32,000 nucleotides of DNA from positions 2,370,001 through 2,402,000 of the forward strand of contig NZ_LN831024.1 in NCBI RefSeq assembly GCF_001457615.1, given 5' to 3'. Under the pieces are notes generated by a model. It had not been told where the DNA came from and ran no database searches. It saw only the letters and a list, made by a program, of their open reading frames with translations. This document shows positions 1 to 9,090 of the stretch, in pieces; the stretch's first letter is position 1, and each line of letters begins with the position of its first letter. The position numbers and the translations under genes are program-made. Source of the DNA: Pseudomonas aeruginosa. GTDB lineage: Bacteria; Pseudomonadota; Gammaproteobacteria; Pseudomonadales; Pseudomonadaceae.

Positions 1-9
1 CGGCTTCCT

Positions 10-49
10 CATTGGATAACGAGCGTTATATAAAGATCATTATCCAATG
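10..49. promoter_or_regulatory. Candidate operator: 10-bp perfect inverted repeat flanking a -10-like TATATA, upstream of the TetR-family gene
   Basis: CATTGGATAA (10-19) and its exact reverse complement TTATCCAATG (40-49) bracket TATATA (27-32). The repeat ends 37 nt before the ATG at 86. Function is inferred from position only. Confidence 0.35.
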
Positions 50-85
50 TGACGACATCGTCTCCCCAACCAACGGATAGTCGGC

Positions 86-667
86 ATGCGCTACAAACCG
101 GAACAGAAACAGGCCACCCGCGCCCTGCTGTTGAGCAAGGCCGCTCCGCTGGTGAAGCGCCAGGGCTTCGCCAGCACCGGCCTGGACACCTTGATGAAGG
201 CGGCTGGTCTTACCACCGGGGCGTTCTACTCGCAATTCTCCAGCAAGGCGGAGTTGCTCGAAGCGATCCTGCAGCGCGAGCTGAGCGCCCAGCACGATGC
301 CTTTCCGCTGGACAGCCTGGAGCAACTGGCCGGCGCCACCCGTCTCTACCTCAGTCGCGGTCATGCGCAGCATGCCGACATGGGCTGCCCGATTCCGGCG
401 CTGGCCGCCGAGGTGGGCCGGGCAGGGCCCGAGGTGCGGGAAACCTTCGAACGCGCCCTGGAACAGCGGCAACGGCGGCTGGCCGAACTGATGGGCGACG
501 AGAACCGGGCCTGGGTGCTCACCTGCCTGTCGGTCGGCGCGGTGCTTCTCGCGCGTGCCCAGGCGAGCGAGGTGGCGCGCGACAAGGTCCTGGATGCGGC
601 GCTGGAGCATGCGCTGGGCCTGCTTTCGGCGAGCGGAGCGGTTTCGCCGCAAGCGGACCGGGACTGA
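86..667 (+). CDS. TetR/AcrR-family transcriptional regulator
   Basis: 193-aa ORF with G/C-rich third positions. The N-terminal HTH segment (GFASTGLDTLMKAAGLTTGAFYSQFSSKAELL) is typical of TetR_N domains. Confidence 0.9.
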   Translation: MRYKPEQKQATRALLLSKAAPLVKRQGFASTGLDTLMKAAGLTTGAFYSQFSSKAELLEAILQRELSAQHDAFPLDSLEQLAGATRLYLSRGHAQHADMGCPIPALAAEVGRAGPEVRETFERALEQRQRRLAELMGDENRAWVLTCLSVGAVLLARAQASEVARDKVLDAALEHALGLLSASGAVSPQADRD

Positions 668-725
668 TTGCACAACTGCAATGTTCGGCGTCTAGCGTCA
701 GGCTTTCCCTCCGACAGGTAAGCCC

Positions 726-821
726 ATGAACGCCCATCATCTCGAACTCGCCAAGGCCCTGCTGGTGTTTGCCCTTGCCGTCGCCGGCCTGGTGGTCGGT
801 CTCATGCCGATGGAGTTCTGA
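726..821 (+). CDS. Possible 31-aa hydrophobic mini-protein (MNAHHLELAKALLVFALAVAGLVVGLMPMEF)
   Basis: Translated by hand; it falls below the ORF-track length cut-off. It has one predicted TM helix and a weak AGG-type RBS. No homology was recognised. Confidence 0.25.
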   Translation: MNAHHLELAKALLVFALAVAGLVVGLMPMEF

Positions 822-1026
822 GCGACGCAGGTCCGGCTTCGCGCTTTTCCCTCGTCTTCGAGTGGTCTCTGGCGTTGCACCGGTTTAGGATGCGCGGGTA
901 TTTCGGAGCCGCTTCGCTTGGCGTCGCCCGCCGCTGCGCTCCGAAACCGAGCATTGCTCGAACCAGAACGAGATCGAAGGTGCATCGCCACGAGCGGCGC
1001 ACGGCCTGATGATAGATGGAGGCAAC

Positions 1027-1908
1027 ATGAGCGCGGCTCAGCCAGGCATTCTCACCCCGATTCCGGTGGTGGGTCGCTACCTGTTTTTCAGCATTTCCCA
1101 ACCCGAGCAGGTGGCCGCGACCTTGGCCAGCCTGGCCGCGGCCACCGATGGTTACCAGCTGGTGGTGGGTATCGGCCATTCGCTGATGCTCAGCCTCGGC
1201 AAGACCGTCGAGGGCATGAAGGACTATCCGGTGCTCGCCGCGCCCGGCATCGACCTGCCGTCCACGCCCTCCGCGCTGTGGTGCTGGCTGCGCGGCGAGG
1301 ATCGCGGCGAGGTGACGCTGCGCTCGCACGCGCTGGAACGGTCGCTGGCGCCGGCCTTCCAGCGGACCGGCGCGGTGGATGCGTTCCTCTACGGCGAGGA
1401 CCGCGACCTGTCCGGCTACAAGGACGGCACCGAGAACCCCAAGGGCGATGCGGCGCTCGAAGCCGCGCTGGTCTCCGGGCGCGGTGCGGGCCTGGATGGC
1501 GGCAGTTTCGTTGCTGTCCAGCAGTGGCTGCATGACTTCGACCGGATGCAGGCGATCCCCGGCGAGGAGATGGACAACATCATCGGCCGCCGCAAGTCCG
1601 ACGACGAAGAACTGGAAGACGCGCCGGCCTACGCCCACGTTAAGCGCACCGAGCAGGAAAGCTTCGAGCCCGCCGCGTTCCTCCTGCGGCGCGGCGCGCC
1701 CTGGTCCGACGAGCACCGCGCGGGGCTGTTGTTCGCCGCCTTCGGCCGCTCGTTCGAGGCCTTCGAGGTCCAGTGGCTACGGATGATCGGCGTGGAAGAC
1801 GGGGTGCTCGATGGCCTGTTCCGTTTCACCCGGCCGATCAGCGGCAGCTACTTCTGGTGTCCGCCCATGGCCGACGGCCGCCTCGACCTGTCCGCCCTCG
1901 GCCTCTGA
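1027..1908 (+). CDS. Dyp-type (dye-decolorizing) peroxidase
   Basis: Belongs to ORF 1009..1908. I prefer the ATG at 1027, which is preceded by GGAGG (1017-1021). It has a DyP-like layout including YKDGTENPKG (GxxDG motif region). Confidence 0.88.
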   Translation: MSAAQPGILTPIPVVGRYLFFSISQPEQVAATLASLAAATDGYQLVVGIGHSLMLSLGKTVEGMKDYPVLAAPGIDLPSTPSALWCWLRGEDRGEVTLRSHALERSLAPAFQRTGAVDAFLYGEDRDLSGYKDGTENPKGDAALEAALVSGRGAGLDGGSFVAVQQWLHDFDRMQAIPGEEMDNIIGRRKSDDEELEDAPAYAHVKRTEQESFEPAAFLLRRGAPWSDEHRAGLLFAAFGRSFEAFEVQWLRMIGVEDGVLDGLFRFTRPISGSYFWCPPMADGRLDLSALGL

Positions 1909-1955
1909 GCCCGCCGCGGCAGCAGGCCAGGCCTGCTGCCGCGTCCTGCGCGGCG

Positions 1956-2651
1956 CTAGTGGGCGGTGGCCACGGCGGCCTCGTCGATCAGCGCCGCTAC
2001 TTCCTTCGCTCGCGAGGCCAGTGACGCGTGGCTGGCATCGAGGGTGACGATCTTCCTCGGTGCGATCCGCGCGGCCATCCGCTCCTGGTTCTCCGGCGCA
2101 ATCATGCGATCGGCGCTGGAAATCTGGTACCAGGAGGGCTTGCTCTTCCAGGCCGGGCTGCCGATGGCATCGCCGAAAGTGCTGGCCAGCGGAGCCTTCT
2201 GGGTGATGCCCATGACCAGCCCTTCGTCCGCAGCGAGATCCTGGCAGAAGCTTTCGTGGAACCTGTCCGCCTTCACCCAGAGATAGCCATCGCTGTCCGG
2301 CGCCAGGTTCGCTGCGGCCAGGGGCAAGTGCTCCTGGGTGATGCCACCGGGACTTTCGCCGCTGTCGGGGGCGAAGGCGGCGATATAGACCAGCCCGACC
2401 ACATTCGGCTGGTTGCCGGCCTCGGTGATCACCGCGCCGCCATAGGAGTGTCCGACCAGCAGGACCGGCCCCTGTTGCTGCGCGATCATCTTGCGCGTCC
2501 GCTCGGCATCGTCCGCCAGCGAGGTCAACGGTAGTTCGACGGCATGCAGGTTGTCGTGGCCGAGGCGTTTCAGTTCGAGAATGACCTTGCTCCAGTGGGC
2601 GGCGCCGCCCCAGAAGCCGTGGACCAGGATGATCGCAGGCAGGTTGCTCAT
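1956..2651 (-). CDS. Alpha/beta-fold hydrolase
   Basis: The ORF track gives 1956..2765. The internal ATG at 2651 has an AAGGGAG RBS and starts MSNLPAIILVHGFWGG. It carries the oxyanion HGF motif and nucleophile elbow GHSYGG. Confidence 0.85.
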   Translation of the reverse strand: MSNLPAIILVHGFWGGAAHWSKVILELKRLGHDNLHAVELPLTSLADDAERTRKMIAQQQGPVLLVGHSYGGAVITEAGNQPNVVGLVYIAAFAPDSGESPGGITQEHLPLAAANLAPDSDGYLWVKADRFHESFCQDLAADEGLVMGITQKAPLASTFGDAIGSPAWKSKPSWYQISSADRMIAPENQERMAARIAPRKIVTLDASHASLASRAKEVAALIDEAAVATAH

Positions 2652-2981
2652 CGTGTTGCTCCCTTGTGGGTGAGGGTTGCTGGCATGAGGCATCGCCCGG
2701 CGAGCATACGAGGTCGCGATGGGCGGGCGATAGCGGGAGGCGAGGACGTTCGTCGAAAAGAACAACTCCTTGTTCCGGTAGGCGACGTGATATCGGCACG
2801 GCGGTATGTTGCAAGTCCGGACCCGACCGATCGGGTTGTCGCGACGGGCATGGAGGGGTGATCGGTCGGTCGGGTTCGCGTCTTTTCGGGGCTCCCGAAT
2901 CTGAAAAAATCTTGCTTCTCGCCATACCGGGGGAGCGGGGCGGGTAGATTTTCTTCCGAATCCTTCACTTTCTACCCGGTC

Positions 2982-3191
2982 ATGGAAAAAGCTCTGAAAT
3001 TGGCGTCATGCCTCTACGGCCTGCTGATCCTGCTCAGCCTGGCGATGGTCGCCTTCCTCAGCCAGTTTCCGTTTCTCCTCAGCTCGGGAGCGGAAAACCT
3101 CTCGATGTCGATTCTGCCGCTGCTGATCCCGCTGATGGTCGGGCTGGTCGTCTGCGAGGCGGTGCGGGCGGTGGTGCCGAAGAAGCGCTAG
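2982..3191 (+). CDS. 69-aa two-TM small membrane protein (paralog of 3664..3873)
   Basis: ORF with two hydrophobic segments and a basic C-terminus (PKKR). It aligns without gaps to the 69-aa product of 3664..3873. Confidence 0.6.
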   Translation: MEKALKLASCLYGLLILLSLAMVAFLSQFPFLLSSGAENLSMSILPLLIPLMVGLVVCEAVRAVVPKKR

Positions 3192-3205
3192 GCGCGGGGC
3201 CGGGA

Positions 3206-3394
3206 TCAGCGGCCGAGAATGCGCTGGCGGCGCAGCCGGTACTGCTCGTAGGGAAGGCCCTGGCGGTTCAGCTCTTCCAGCTGGCGTTCGCTGGCGCTGC
3301 GGGAAAACGATTCCTCGACTATCGAGTCCGGCGTGACAGGCTGTGCGCAGGCGCTGGCCAGCAGCACACCCAAGACCAGGGCAATGCGTGGCAT
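3206..3394 (-). CDS. Small lipoprotein (62 aa)
   Basis: The internal ATG at 3394 gives MPRIALVLGVLLASAC..., a signal peptide with a lipobox-like LASAC. The longer 88-aa ORF start lacks a signal sequence. Confidence 0.55.
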   Translation of the reverse strand: MPRIALVLGVLLASACAQPVTPDSIVEESFSRSASERQLEELNRQGLPYEQYRLRRQRILGR

Positions 3395-3663
3395 GCGATC
3401 TCCATGGACTACGGCAGAAGGGAAAAAAAGGCCATTACCAAGCGGGGGGAGGGTTGGTAATGGCCTGTACAAGGGACATTTGCCAGGCCTTGGGGATCTG
3501 GCGAAAAAGACGATATCAAGGGGGAATTTGATTAGCCAGCTAACAAAGTGGAATGAAGTTTTGCGGCAGGCGTAACAATTCTGTCCGAATCGTCATTCTT
3601 GCGTCACCGCCGGGACAGAGCGGTTTCGGCAGACTGCGGGGGAGTCGCCGAAGGAGATTCGTC

Positions 3664-3873
3664 GTGGACGATACGCTCAGGTTCGCCTCGCGCTTGTGCA
3701 AGTTCATCGTCGCCGCCAGCTTCCTGCTCGTGGCGGTCGCCAGCCTTTGCCTGTGGTGGACGGGCCAGGCCTACGAATACGCGGCGCTGGCGTTCTTTCC
3801 GTTCGCCGTACCCATGCTGCTGCTGATCATGGTCTGCGACCTGCTGGCAGCGCTGAATGGCAGGCGTCGCTGA
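3664..3873 (+). CDS. 69-aa two-TM small membrane protein (paralog of 2982..3191)
   Basis: Belongs to ORF 3553..3873. Its first 37 codons have atypically A/T-rich third positions. The GTG at 3664 lies 7 nt after AAGGAG (3651-3656), and the product VDDTLRFASRL...NGRRR is 69 aa. Confidence 0.55.
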   Translation: MDDTLRFASRLCKFIVAASFLLVAVASLCLWWTGQAYEYAALAFFPFAVPMLLLIMVCDLLAALNGRRR

Positions 3874-3984
3874 GCGCCCGGGCTGCCTAGCGCTTTCAGC
3901 TAGGCCGATGTCGAACCCAGACAACCGGCGCCCCGCGCGTGGCCCTATGGTGAGGCATTCATCCACTGCCTTCCTGGAGCGACC

Positions 3985-4329
3985 ATGTCAGATTTCATCA
4001 CCGTACTGCGCGATACCTGTCCCGTACCCGTGCTGGACGCCACCAAGTGGAAGCGGATCGACGGCGATCCGCATACCGTCAACCTCAACGCATACGCCTC
4101 GGCGGACGGCAGCAAGCTGATGGGCACCTGGATCTGCACGCCGGGCAAGTGGGAGGTGAACTACGAACGCTGGGAGTTCTGCCACTTCCTCGACGGCTAC
4201 TGCATCATCACCCCGGAAGGCGAGCAACCGGTGCACCTGAGGGCGGGCGACGTGTTCGTCATCGAGCCGGGCCTGCGTGGTACCTGGGAGGTGGTGGAGA
4301 CGGTGCGCAAGTACTTCGTCTTCGCCTGA
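3985..4329 (+). CDS. Cupin-domain protein (DUF861/cupin_3-like)
   Basis: 114-aa ORF with an RBS (CTGGAG). The C-terminal beta-barrel pattern WEFCHFLDGYCIITPEGE...GDVFVIEPGLRGTWEV is typical of this small cupin family. Confidence 0.8.
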   Translation: MSDFITVLRDTCPVPVLDATKWKRIDGDPHTVNLNAYASADGSKLMGTWICTPGKWEVNYERWEFCHFLDGYCIITPEGEQPVHLRAGDVFVIEPGLRGTWEVVETVRKYFVFA

Positions 4330-4371
4330 CGGTATTGCCGCACGTCCGGGATGCCTGCCGGACGTCGCGCC

Positions 4372-4743
4372 TCAGTCCTGGTGGACGATGCGGCGGATGG
4401 TGCCGCCGCAGGACTGGTAGCAACTGCGGTACTCGTCCTGGCAGTCGTCGCCGAAATCGAAGTTGCGCTGCGGGTAGGGGCAGGACTTGCGCTTCTTCTT
4501 GTCGCTGTTCTGCATGCAGTAGTTGTAGGCCGTGCTCTGCGCCTGGTAGAGCGCCTCGTCCTGGCGCTGCTGCAGCTTGGCGAGGGTCTTGCACTGGCGC
4601 TTCTCGGCATTGCACTGGCTCACGCAGTGCAGGCCGGCATCGCTGGTCGGCGGAATGTAGGAGTAGCTGACGCTAGGGCCGCAACCGCCGAGCAGCAGGG
4701 CAAGACCGAGGAGGGGGAGCAGAAGGTGTTTCCGGAACGGCAT
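4372..4743 (-). CDS. Cys-rich lipoprotein, unknown function
   Basis: The ATG at 4743 gives MPFRKHLLLPLLGLALLLGGC (signal peptide plus lipobox LLGGC). The mature part contains 8 further Cys residues. Confidence 0.7.
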   Translation of the reverse strand: MPFRKHLLLPLLGLALLLGGCGPSVSYSYIPPTSDAGLHCVSQCNAEKRQCKTLAKLQQRQDEALYQAQSTAYNYCMQNSDKKKRKSCPYPQRNFDFGDDCQDEYRSCYQSCGGTIRRIVHQD

Positions 4744-4845
4744 TGTCGATATCGATAAGCAATGGCAAGCGAGAGCGAATGCTATCACTGGCTTTCCGAA
4801 GCTGTACGGCTCTACCCGATAAGGTTGAACTGGCGCACGAAACGC

Positions 4846-4875
4846 AAAAAAGAAAACCCCGGGACTGGCCCGGGG
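4846..4875 (-). terminator. Rho-independent terminator of the porin gene
   Basis: Stem CCCCGGG (4857-4863) / CCCGGGG (4869-4875) with a 5-nt loop. On the minus strand it is followed by TTTTCTTTTTT (plus-strand A-tract 4846-4856). It lies 25 nt downstream of the porin stop. Confidence 0.75.
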
Positions 4876-4899
4876 TTCTCGTCGCGCTCGCAGGTTCGA

Positions 4900-6180
4900 T
4901 CAGAACACGCTGAACGGGTACTCGACGAAGGCACGGATTTCGTTGCCGCCACTGAAGTAGCTATCGCGGGCATCAGCAGAAACGCGGGCAAACGAGCTAC
5001 GCAGGCGCAGGGTGAGGTCCTTGGCCGGACCGCTCTGCACCACGTACTGGACCTGGTTGAAGATCTCGCGCTCCTTGCCGTTGCTGGTCTCGGCGGTCTT
5101 GATGTTGTCGCCGCGCACGTAGGCTACGCGGTAGGTCAGGCCGGGCACGCCGTACTTGGCGAAGTCCAGGGCGTAGCTGACCTGCCAGGAACGCTCGTCC
5201 TCGGCGTTGAAGTCCGACCAGTAGGAGTTGGCCAGCCAGATGGTGGTGCCGCCGTCGCCGATGCCGCCGGCGTTCTGGTACCAGCCGTAGTTGTAGCCGG
5301 TGTCGCCGGTGTTGCGCTGGTGGGCGATCATGAAGGTGTGGGCGTCGATGGTGTAGGACGCCGCCAGGCTCCAGATCTTGTTGTCGCGGTTACCGTTGAA
5401 GTTCTGGTCGGCGAAGTCGCTGTCCAGCTTGGTGCGATAGCCGTTGAAGTCGAAGTTCAGCGACTGGTCGGCCTGCAGCGGGATGGTGTAGTTCAGGTTG
5501 ATGTACTGCTTCTTCAGTACGTCCTCGACGTCGGAAGCGTACAGCGAGGCGTTGAAGTGATCGGTGAAGGCGTACTTGCCGCCGAACACGTTGATGCTCT
5601 TCAGGCCGCCGCTGTCGCGCCCTTCGGCGCTCTTGCGGGATTCCGCGGTGAAGCGACCGGCGTTCAGCTCCAGGCCCTCGATCTCCTTGGAGGTGATCAG
5701 GGTGCCGCTGTAGCTTTCCGGGAGCAGGCGCGAGTTGTCGTAGCTGAGCACCGGCAGGCTGGGCATCTGGTCGCCGTACTTGAGCACGGTGTTGGAGATG
5801 CGGAACTTCACCGCCGCGCCGCCCTTGGACAGATCGTCCGCCGCGGAGCCGCTGTCGCCCTGCTTGAAGAAGTCGATACCGGCGGCGCCGCTACGACCCT
5901 TCCCGCCGTCCAAGCGAACAGCGTACATACCGAACACGTCCACACCTATCCCGATGGTTCCTTGGGTGAAGCCGGAAGTGAAGGTCGCGGTTGCAGCCTG
6001 GCCCCACTCTGCTTGGTCCTCTGTACCGTACTTCTTGTCGCGTTTGATATATGCATTGCGGAAGAACAGATCGAGGTGGCTGTCCTCGACAAACCCCTTT
6101 GCTGCTTCTTGGTCATTGGCCATCGCCTGGCTTGCAGTCGCGATGCCCAGTGCCAGCAGGCAAATCCTTTTCTTCAACAT
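4900..6180 (-). CDS. oprQ: OprD-family outer-membrane porin (position matches P. aeruginosa OprQ/PA2760 as I recall it)
   Basis: 426-aa ORF with signal peptide MLKKRICLLALGIATASQAMA, the OprD-family N-terminus GFVEDSHLDLFFRNAYIKRD and the aromatic C-terminal beta-signal ...YPFSVF. The gene symbol rests on remembered synteny, not a search. Confidence 0.88.
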   Translation of the reverse strand: MLKKRICLLALGIATASQAMANDQEAAKGFVEDSHLDLFFRNAYIKRDKKYGTEDQAEWGQAATATFTSGFTQGTIGIGVDVFGMYAVRLDGGKGRSGAAGIDFFKQGDSGSAADDLSKGGAAVKFRISNTVLKYGDQMPSLPVLSYDNSRLLPESYSGTLITSKEIEGLELNAGRFTAESRKSAEGRDSGGLKSINVFGGKYAFTDHFNASLYASDVEDVLKKQYINLNYTIPLQADQSLNFDFNGYRTKLDSDFADQNFNGNRDNKIWSLAASYTIDAHTFMIAHQRNTGDTGYNYGWYQNAGGIGDGGTTIWLANSYWSDFNAEDERSWQVSYALDFAKYGVPGLTYRVAYVRGDNIKTAETSNGKEREIFNQVQYVVQSGPAKDLTLRLRSSFARVSADARDSYFSGGNEIRAFVEYPFSVF

Positions 6181-6544
6181 CTTATTGTTCCTGGTTGTTG
6201 GCTTGATGTGCGCTGAAATTGAAGGAAGCGCAAGGTTCGAAGTGCACGGGAGTCATTTGTCCCATTTACCGTGCGTGGCGGTTCTGGATTCTTGTTTCTC
6301 CCGTTGGCGGCGCAACAATACCAGAACATTGTTCGATCCAAGAAAGCTTCGAGTCATTTGCTAATAACCAAAGTGCAAGGAAAGCCCCTTCCATAGGCTC
6401 TGAATCGGGCGTTGCCGGATCGCTTCGTCATGCGCCTGCAATATCAACCTTATCGATAAGTACCATGCCGCGAAGTCGCTGCAGTTCTCGCTTTGGGCGG
6501 TGATACCGTCGAATCGTGAACGGATCGACAAAGAGGGACGTGAC

Positions 6545-6859
6545 ATGAAGATTCTTATCGCTGTATTCGCCGCCCTGGCCCTCTCCGCCTGTGCCTCGCC
6601 TCCCGCTTCGAACGCCCCGGCGCTGGCCGCCAGCACCAGCAAGGCTCCCTACGATTACGCGATGTGCGTCTTGCCCAAGTGGCAACGCCAGGCGCCGGGC
6701 GTGGCGCTGATGGAGGAAGGCCGCGGCTATCGCCTGGCGGACGCCGGTCAGTGGCTGGAGGTGCAGCCGGCGAGGGGTGGCAGCCTGGTGCGAATCCATG
6801 ACCAGCAGCCCTGGGTCACCCGCGGGGCCTTCATCAATGCGGCCAGGACCTGTTCCTGA
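6545..6859 (+). CDS. Lipoprotein, unknown function (104 aa)
   Basis: The ATG at 6545 is preceded by AGAGGGA. The product starts MKILIAVFAALALSAC (lipobox LSAC). ORF-track start 6500 is upstream of the RBS. Confidence 0.7.
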   Translation: MKILIAVFAALALSACASPPASNAPALAASTSKAPYDYAMCVLPKWQRQAPGVALMEEGRGYRLADAGQWLEVQPARGGSLVRIHDQQPWVTRGAFINAARTCS

Positions 6860-6876
6860 GCCGCGAGGAAGAGGGA

Positions 6877-6915
6877 AGAGCTCCGGCCCCCCTAGCATGA
6901 AGTGTCCGGAGCTCT
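6877..6915. repeat. 10-bp perfect inverted repeat (stem-loop) in a convergent intergenic region
   Basis: AGAGCTCCGG (6877-6886) and CCGGAGCTCT (6906-6915) are separated by 19 nt. No adjacent T-tract is present, so it is not called as a terminator. Confidence 0.4.
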
Positions 6916-7069
6916 ACGGCCGCAAACGGAGGATGGCCGCAGAACGATCATCTGCCTATGGCCGGTGCTGCGCTTGATCGAGATCAAGTACTGGAGGCCG
7001 GGGAGCCGGCGTGTGCGGCGATTCGCGTGACGGGTCTCGTTTTTTCTGTGAAGTGCATTGCATAACGCT

Positions 7070-7957
7070 TCAATCGGGACGGGTGGCCAGCATGCCAACC
7101 AGTTCCTGGGCGGCCTTGCGCAATGGCTGGTTTTTCAGCCAGATAGCGTGGACAGGCAGTTTCAGCTCGTTCTTGGTATTCCTGAAGTCCAGGCGTACCA
7201 GCCTTCCCGTTGCCAGCAGCGGCGCGACCCGGGACAACGGGAAATTGCCCCAGCCGATCCCCGCCTCGACCATTTCCAGCGCCGTGCCCAGGCTGTCGGT
7301 GCGCCAGCAGGCGCCGGCAATCAGCGGACGGGTGTCGGCCAACGGCAGGTCGCAACTGGCCACCAGGATCTGCCGCACGTTCACCAGCTCTTCCAGGTAC
7401 AGCGCCTGCCCCGGCTTCTGCAGGGCGGGATGGCGCGGCGAGATGGTCGCGACCAGCGATTCCGCGCCGACATACTGGAAGCGCTCCTGCGGGTTCACGC
7501 TGATGCCGGCGAATCCGAAGCACAGGCTGATGCGGCCGCCATGGAGCAGGGCGAGGGCATCGTCCTGCGCCGCGCTGAGCACCTCGACATCGAGCAGCGG
7601 GTAGCGCTCGGAAAGGGTGCGGAGGGCGCCGAACAGCCGCCCGCTGTCGATGTCCGCAACCACGCCGAGCGACAGGCGGCTTTCCAATCCCTGGGAGAGT
7701 TCCAGCGCATGCACCTGCAACTGAGCGAGCTGCTCGGCGATCATCCGCGCTTGCGGTGCCAGGGCCCTGGCCAGCGCCGTAGGACGGGCTTCGCGGTGGG
7801 TTCGCTCGAAAAGGGCGAAACCCAGCTCCGCCTCCAGGTTGGCGATGCCCATGCTCACCGCCGAAGGCACTCGACCCAAGGCACGGGCGGCGCCGGAAAA
7901 GGAGCCGCGGTCGAGGACGGCGAGGAACAGCTCGATGGTATCGCTGGAAAAGTTCAT
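7070..7957 (-). CDS. LysR-family transcriptional regulator
   Basis: 295-aa ORF with an N-terminal HTH (LFLAVLDRGSFSGAARALGRVPSAVSMGIANLE) and a LysR substrate-binding-type C-terminus. It is divergent from the PACE transporter gene. Confidence 0.9.
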   Translation of the reverse strand: MNFSSDTIELFLAVLDRGSFSGAARALGRVPSAVSMGIANLEAELGFALFERTHREARPTALARALAPQARMIAEQLAQLQVHALELSQGLESRLSLGVVADIDSGRLFGALRTLSERYPLLDVEVLSAAQDDALALLHGGRISLCFGFAGISVNPQERFQYVGAESLVATISPRHPALQKPGQALYLEELVNVRQILVASCDLPLADTRPLIAGACWRTDSLGTALEMVEAGIGWGNFPLSRVAPLLATGRLVRLDFRNTKNELKLPVHAIWLKNQPLRKAAQELVGMLATRPD

Positions 7958-7970
7958 GGCAATTCTCCTA

Positions 7971-7993
7971 TCAGCAGATCTGAAAGCTGCTGA
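7971..7993. promoter_or_regulatory. Candidate LysR-type operator dyad in the divergent promoter
   Basis: TCAGCAG (7971-7977), a 9-nt spacer, then CTGCTGA (7987-7993). It lies 14 nt upstream of the LysR start, between the divergent genes. Function is inferred. Confidence 0.4.
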
Positions 7994-8059
7994 CTTTTTC
8001 TGTCAAGAAAATTGATCCAACCTTGCCCGCCCTTCCGCTATCACGCCCGAGAGGTCCAC

Positions 8060-8503
8060 GTGCAAGGCATCAAGCGCAAACTGGTCTACGTGACCGCCTA
8101 CGAATTGATCGGGATGAGTATCTCGACCCTGGGGCTGGCCCTGCTCGCCGGTTCCACGCCCACTACCACCGGCCCCCTGGCGGTGGTGATTACCACCGTC
8201 GCGGTGACCTGGAACTTCATCTACAACTGCCTGTTCGAGTTCTGGGAGCGGCGCCAGGCTGTGCGCGGACGCAGCGTTGCGCGGCGGGTGGCGCACGCCA
8301 TCGGCTTCCAGCTGACCCTGGTGGTCTACCTGATCCCGCTGATCGCCTGGTGGATGGGGATTTCCCTGCTGGAGGCGTTCTGGCTGGACCTGGCGCTGAT
8401 CGTCCTGATCCCGTGCTACACCTTCCTCTTCAACTGGGCCTTCGATCGCCTGTTCGGCCTCCCGACTTCCGCGTTGCCGGCCGGCGAGGTGGCCTCCGTC
8501 TGA
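8060..8503 (+). CDS. PACE-family (AceI-like, bacterial transmembrane pair) efflux protein
   Basis: Belongs to ORF 8012..8503. The GTG at 8060 follows GAGAGG. It has two tandem BTP repeats with the family signatures TWNFIYNCLFEFWE and RRVAHAIGFQL...YTFLFNWAFD, close to Acinetobacter AceI as I remember it. Confidence 0.75.
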   Translation: MQGIKRKLVYVTAYELIGMSISTLGLALLAGSTPTTTGPLAVVITTVAVTWNFIYNCLFEFWERRQAVRGRSVARRVAHAIGFQLTLVVYLIPLIAWWMGISLLEAFWLDLALIVLIPCYTFLFNWAFDRLFGLPTSALPAGEVASV

Positions 8504-8674
8504 GGATTTTTTTTCTTCAGCGCCATTCGCGCTCGCCTTGGCCGGGGCAAATCGCCTACCTTAGACGGACGTGCGCTGTGGTGCCGGTTCAGGGAGGAAG
8601 TACGACCGCAAGCCATGAAGGTCTGCCCCGGCGAGGATGGGGTACGGCATTTCGATGAACGGATTGGGGTCACT

Positions 8675-9076
8675 ATGCGGATTTTGGGGATGCTACTGGG
8701 GGCCGTCTTGCTGGCGGGTTGTTCGACATCGACGCCCTCGCTCGACGAGACGGACCAGGTACCGAAGGAGCGTTTGTACAACTACCAGTTCCGTGACGAC
8801 GGCGACGCCTTCCTGGTGGTTTCCCGGGACCGCGAGTTCCTCGGCAGCGTCTGCAATACCCGCTTGATCATCGATAGCCGCCTGGCCGCCGAGATCCAGG
8901 CTGGCGAGAGCGCGCGTTTCCGTCTTCCGGCGGGGCTGCGGGTGGTATCCGTGCAGGGCGATGGGATCTGCCGCGGCGAGGCGCCCAAGCAGGTGGTGCA
9001 TGTGCAGAACGGGCAGACCACGCATTACCGGATCACCGTGGACTCCGGCCTGAACATCGGCCTGGCGCCGGGCTGA
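8675..9076 (+). CDS. Lipoprotein, unknown function (133 aa)
   Basis: The ATG at 8675 gives MRILGMLLGAVLLAGCSTS (lipobox LLAGC). ORF-track start 8615 lacks a signal peptide. Confidence 0.7.
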   Translation: MRILGMLLGAVLLAGCSTSTPSLDETDQVPKERLYNYQFRDDGDAFLVVSRDREFLGSVCNTRLIIDSRLAAEIQAGESARFRLPAGLRVVSVQGDGICRGEAPKQVVHVQNGQTTHYRITVDSGLNIGLAPG

Positions 9077-9090
9077 AGCCGGCGCAACGA

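Noticed and set aside
4762-6216. 484-aa plus-strand ORF covering the whole porin gene in antisense
   Set aside because: This is a typical shadow ORF of a high-GC genome. It has no RBS and a low-complexity Ala/Gly/Val-rich product, and the opposite strand encodes a clearly recognisable OprD-family porin.
6219-6503. 94-aa ORF in the ~360-bp region upstream of the porin gene
   Set aside because: It has no RBS and A/T-rich third positions unlike the neighbouring genes. The region is more plausibly the porin promoter and regulatory region. I could not call specific promoter elements with confidence.
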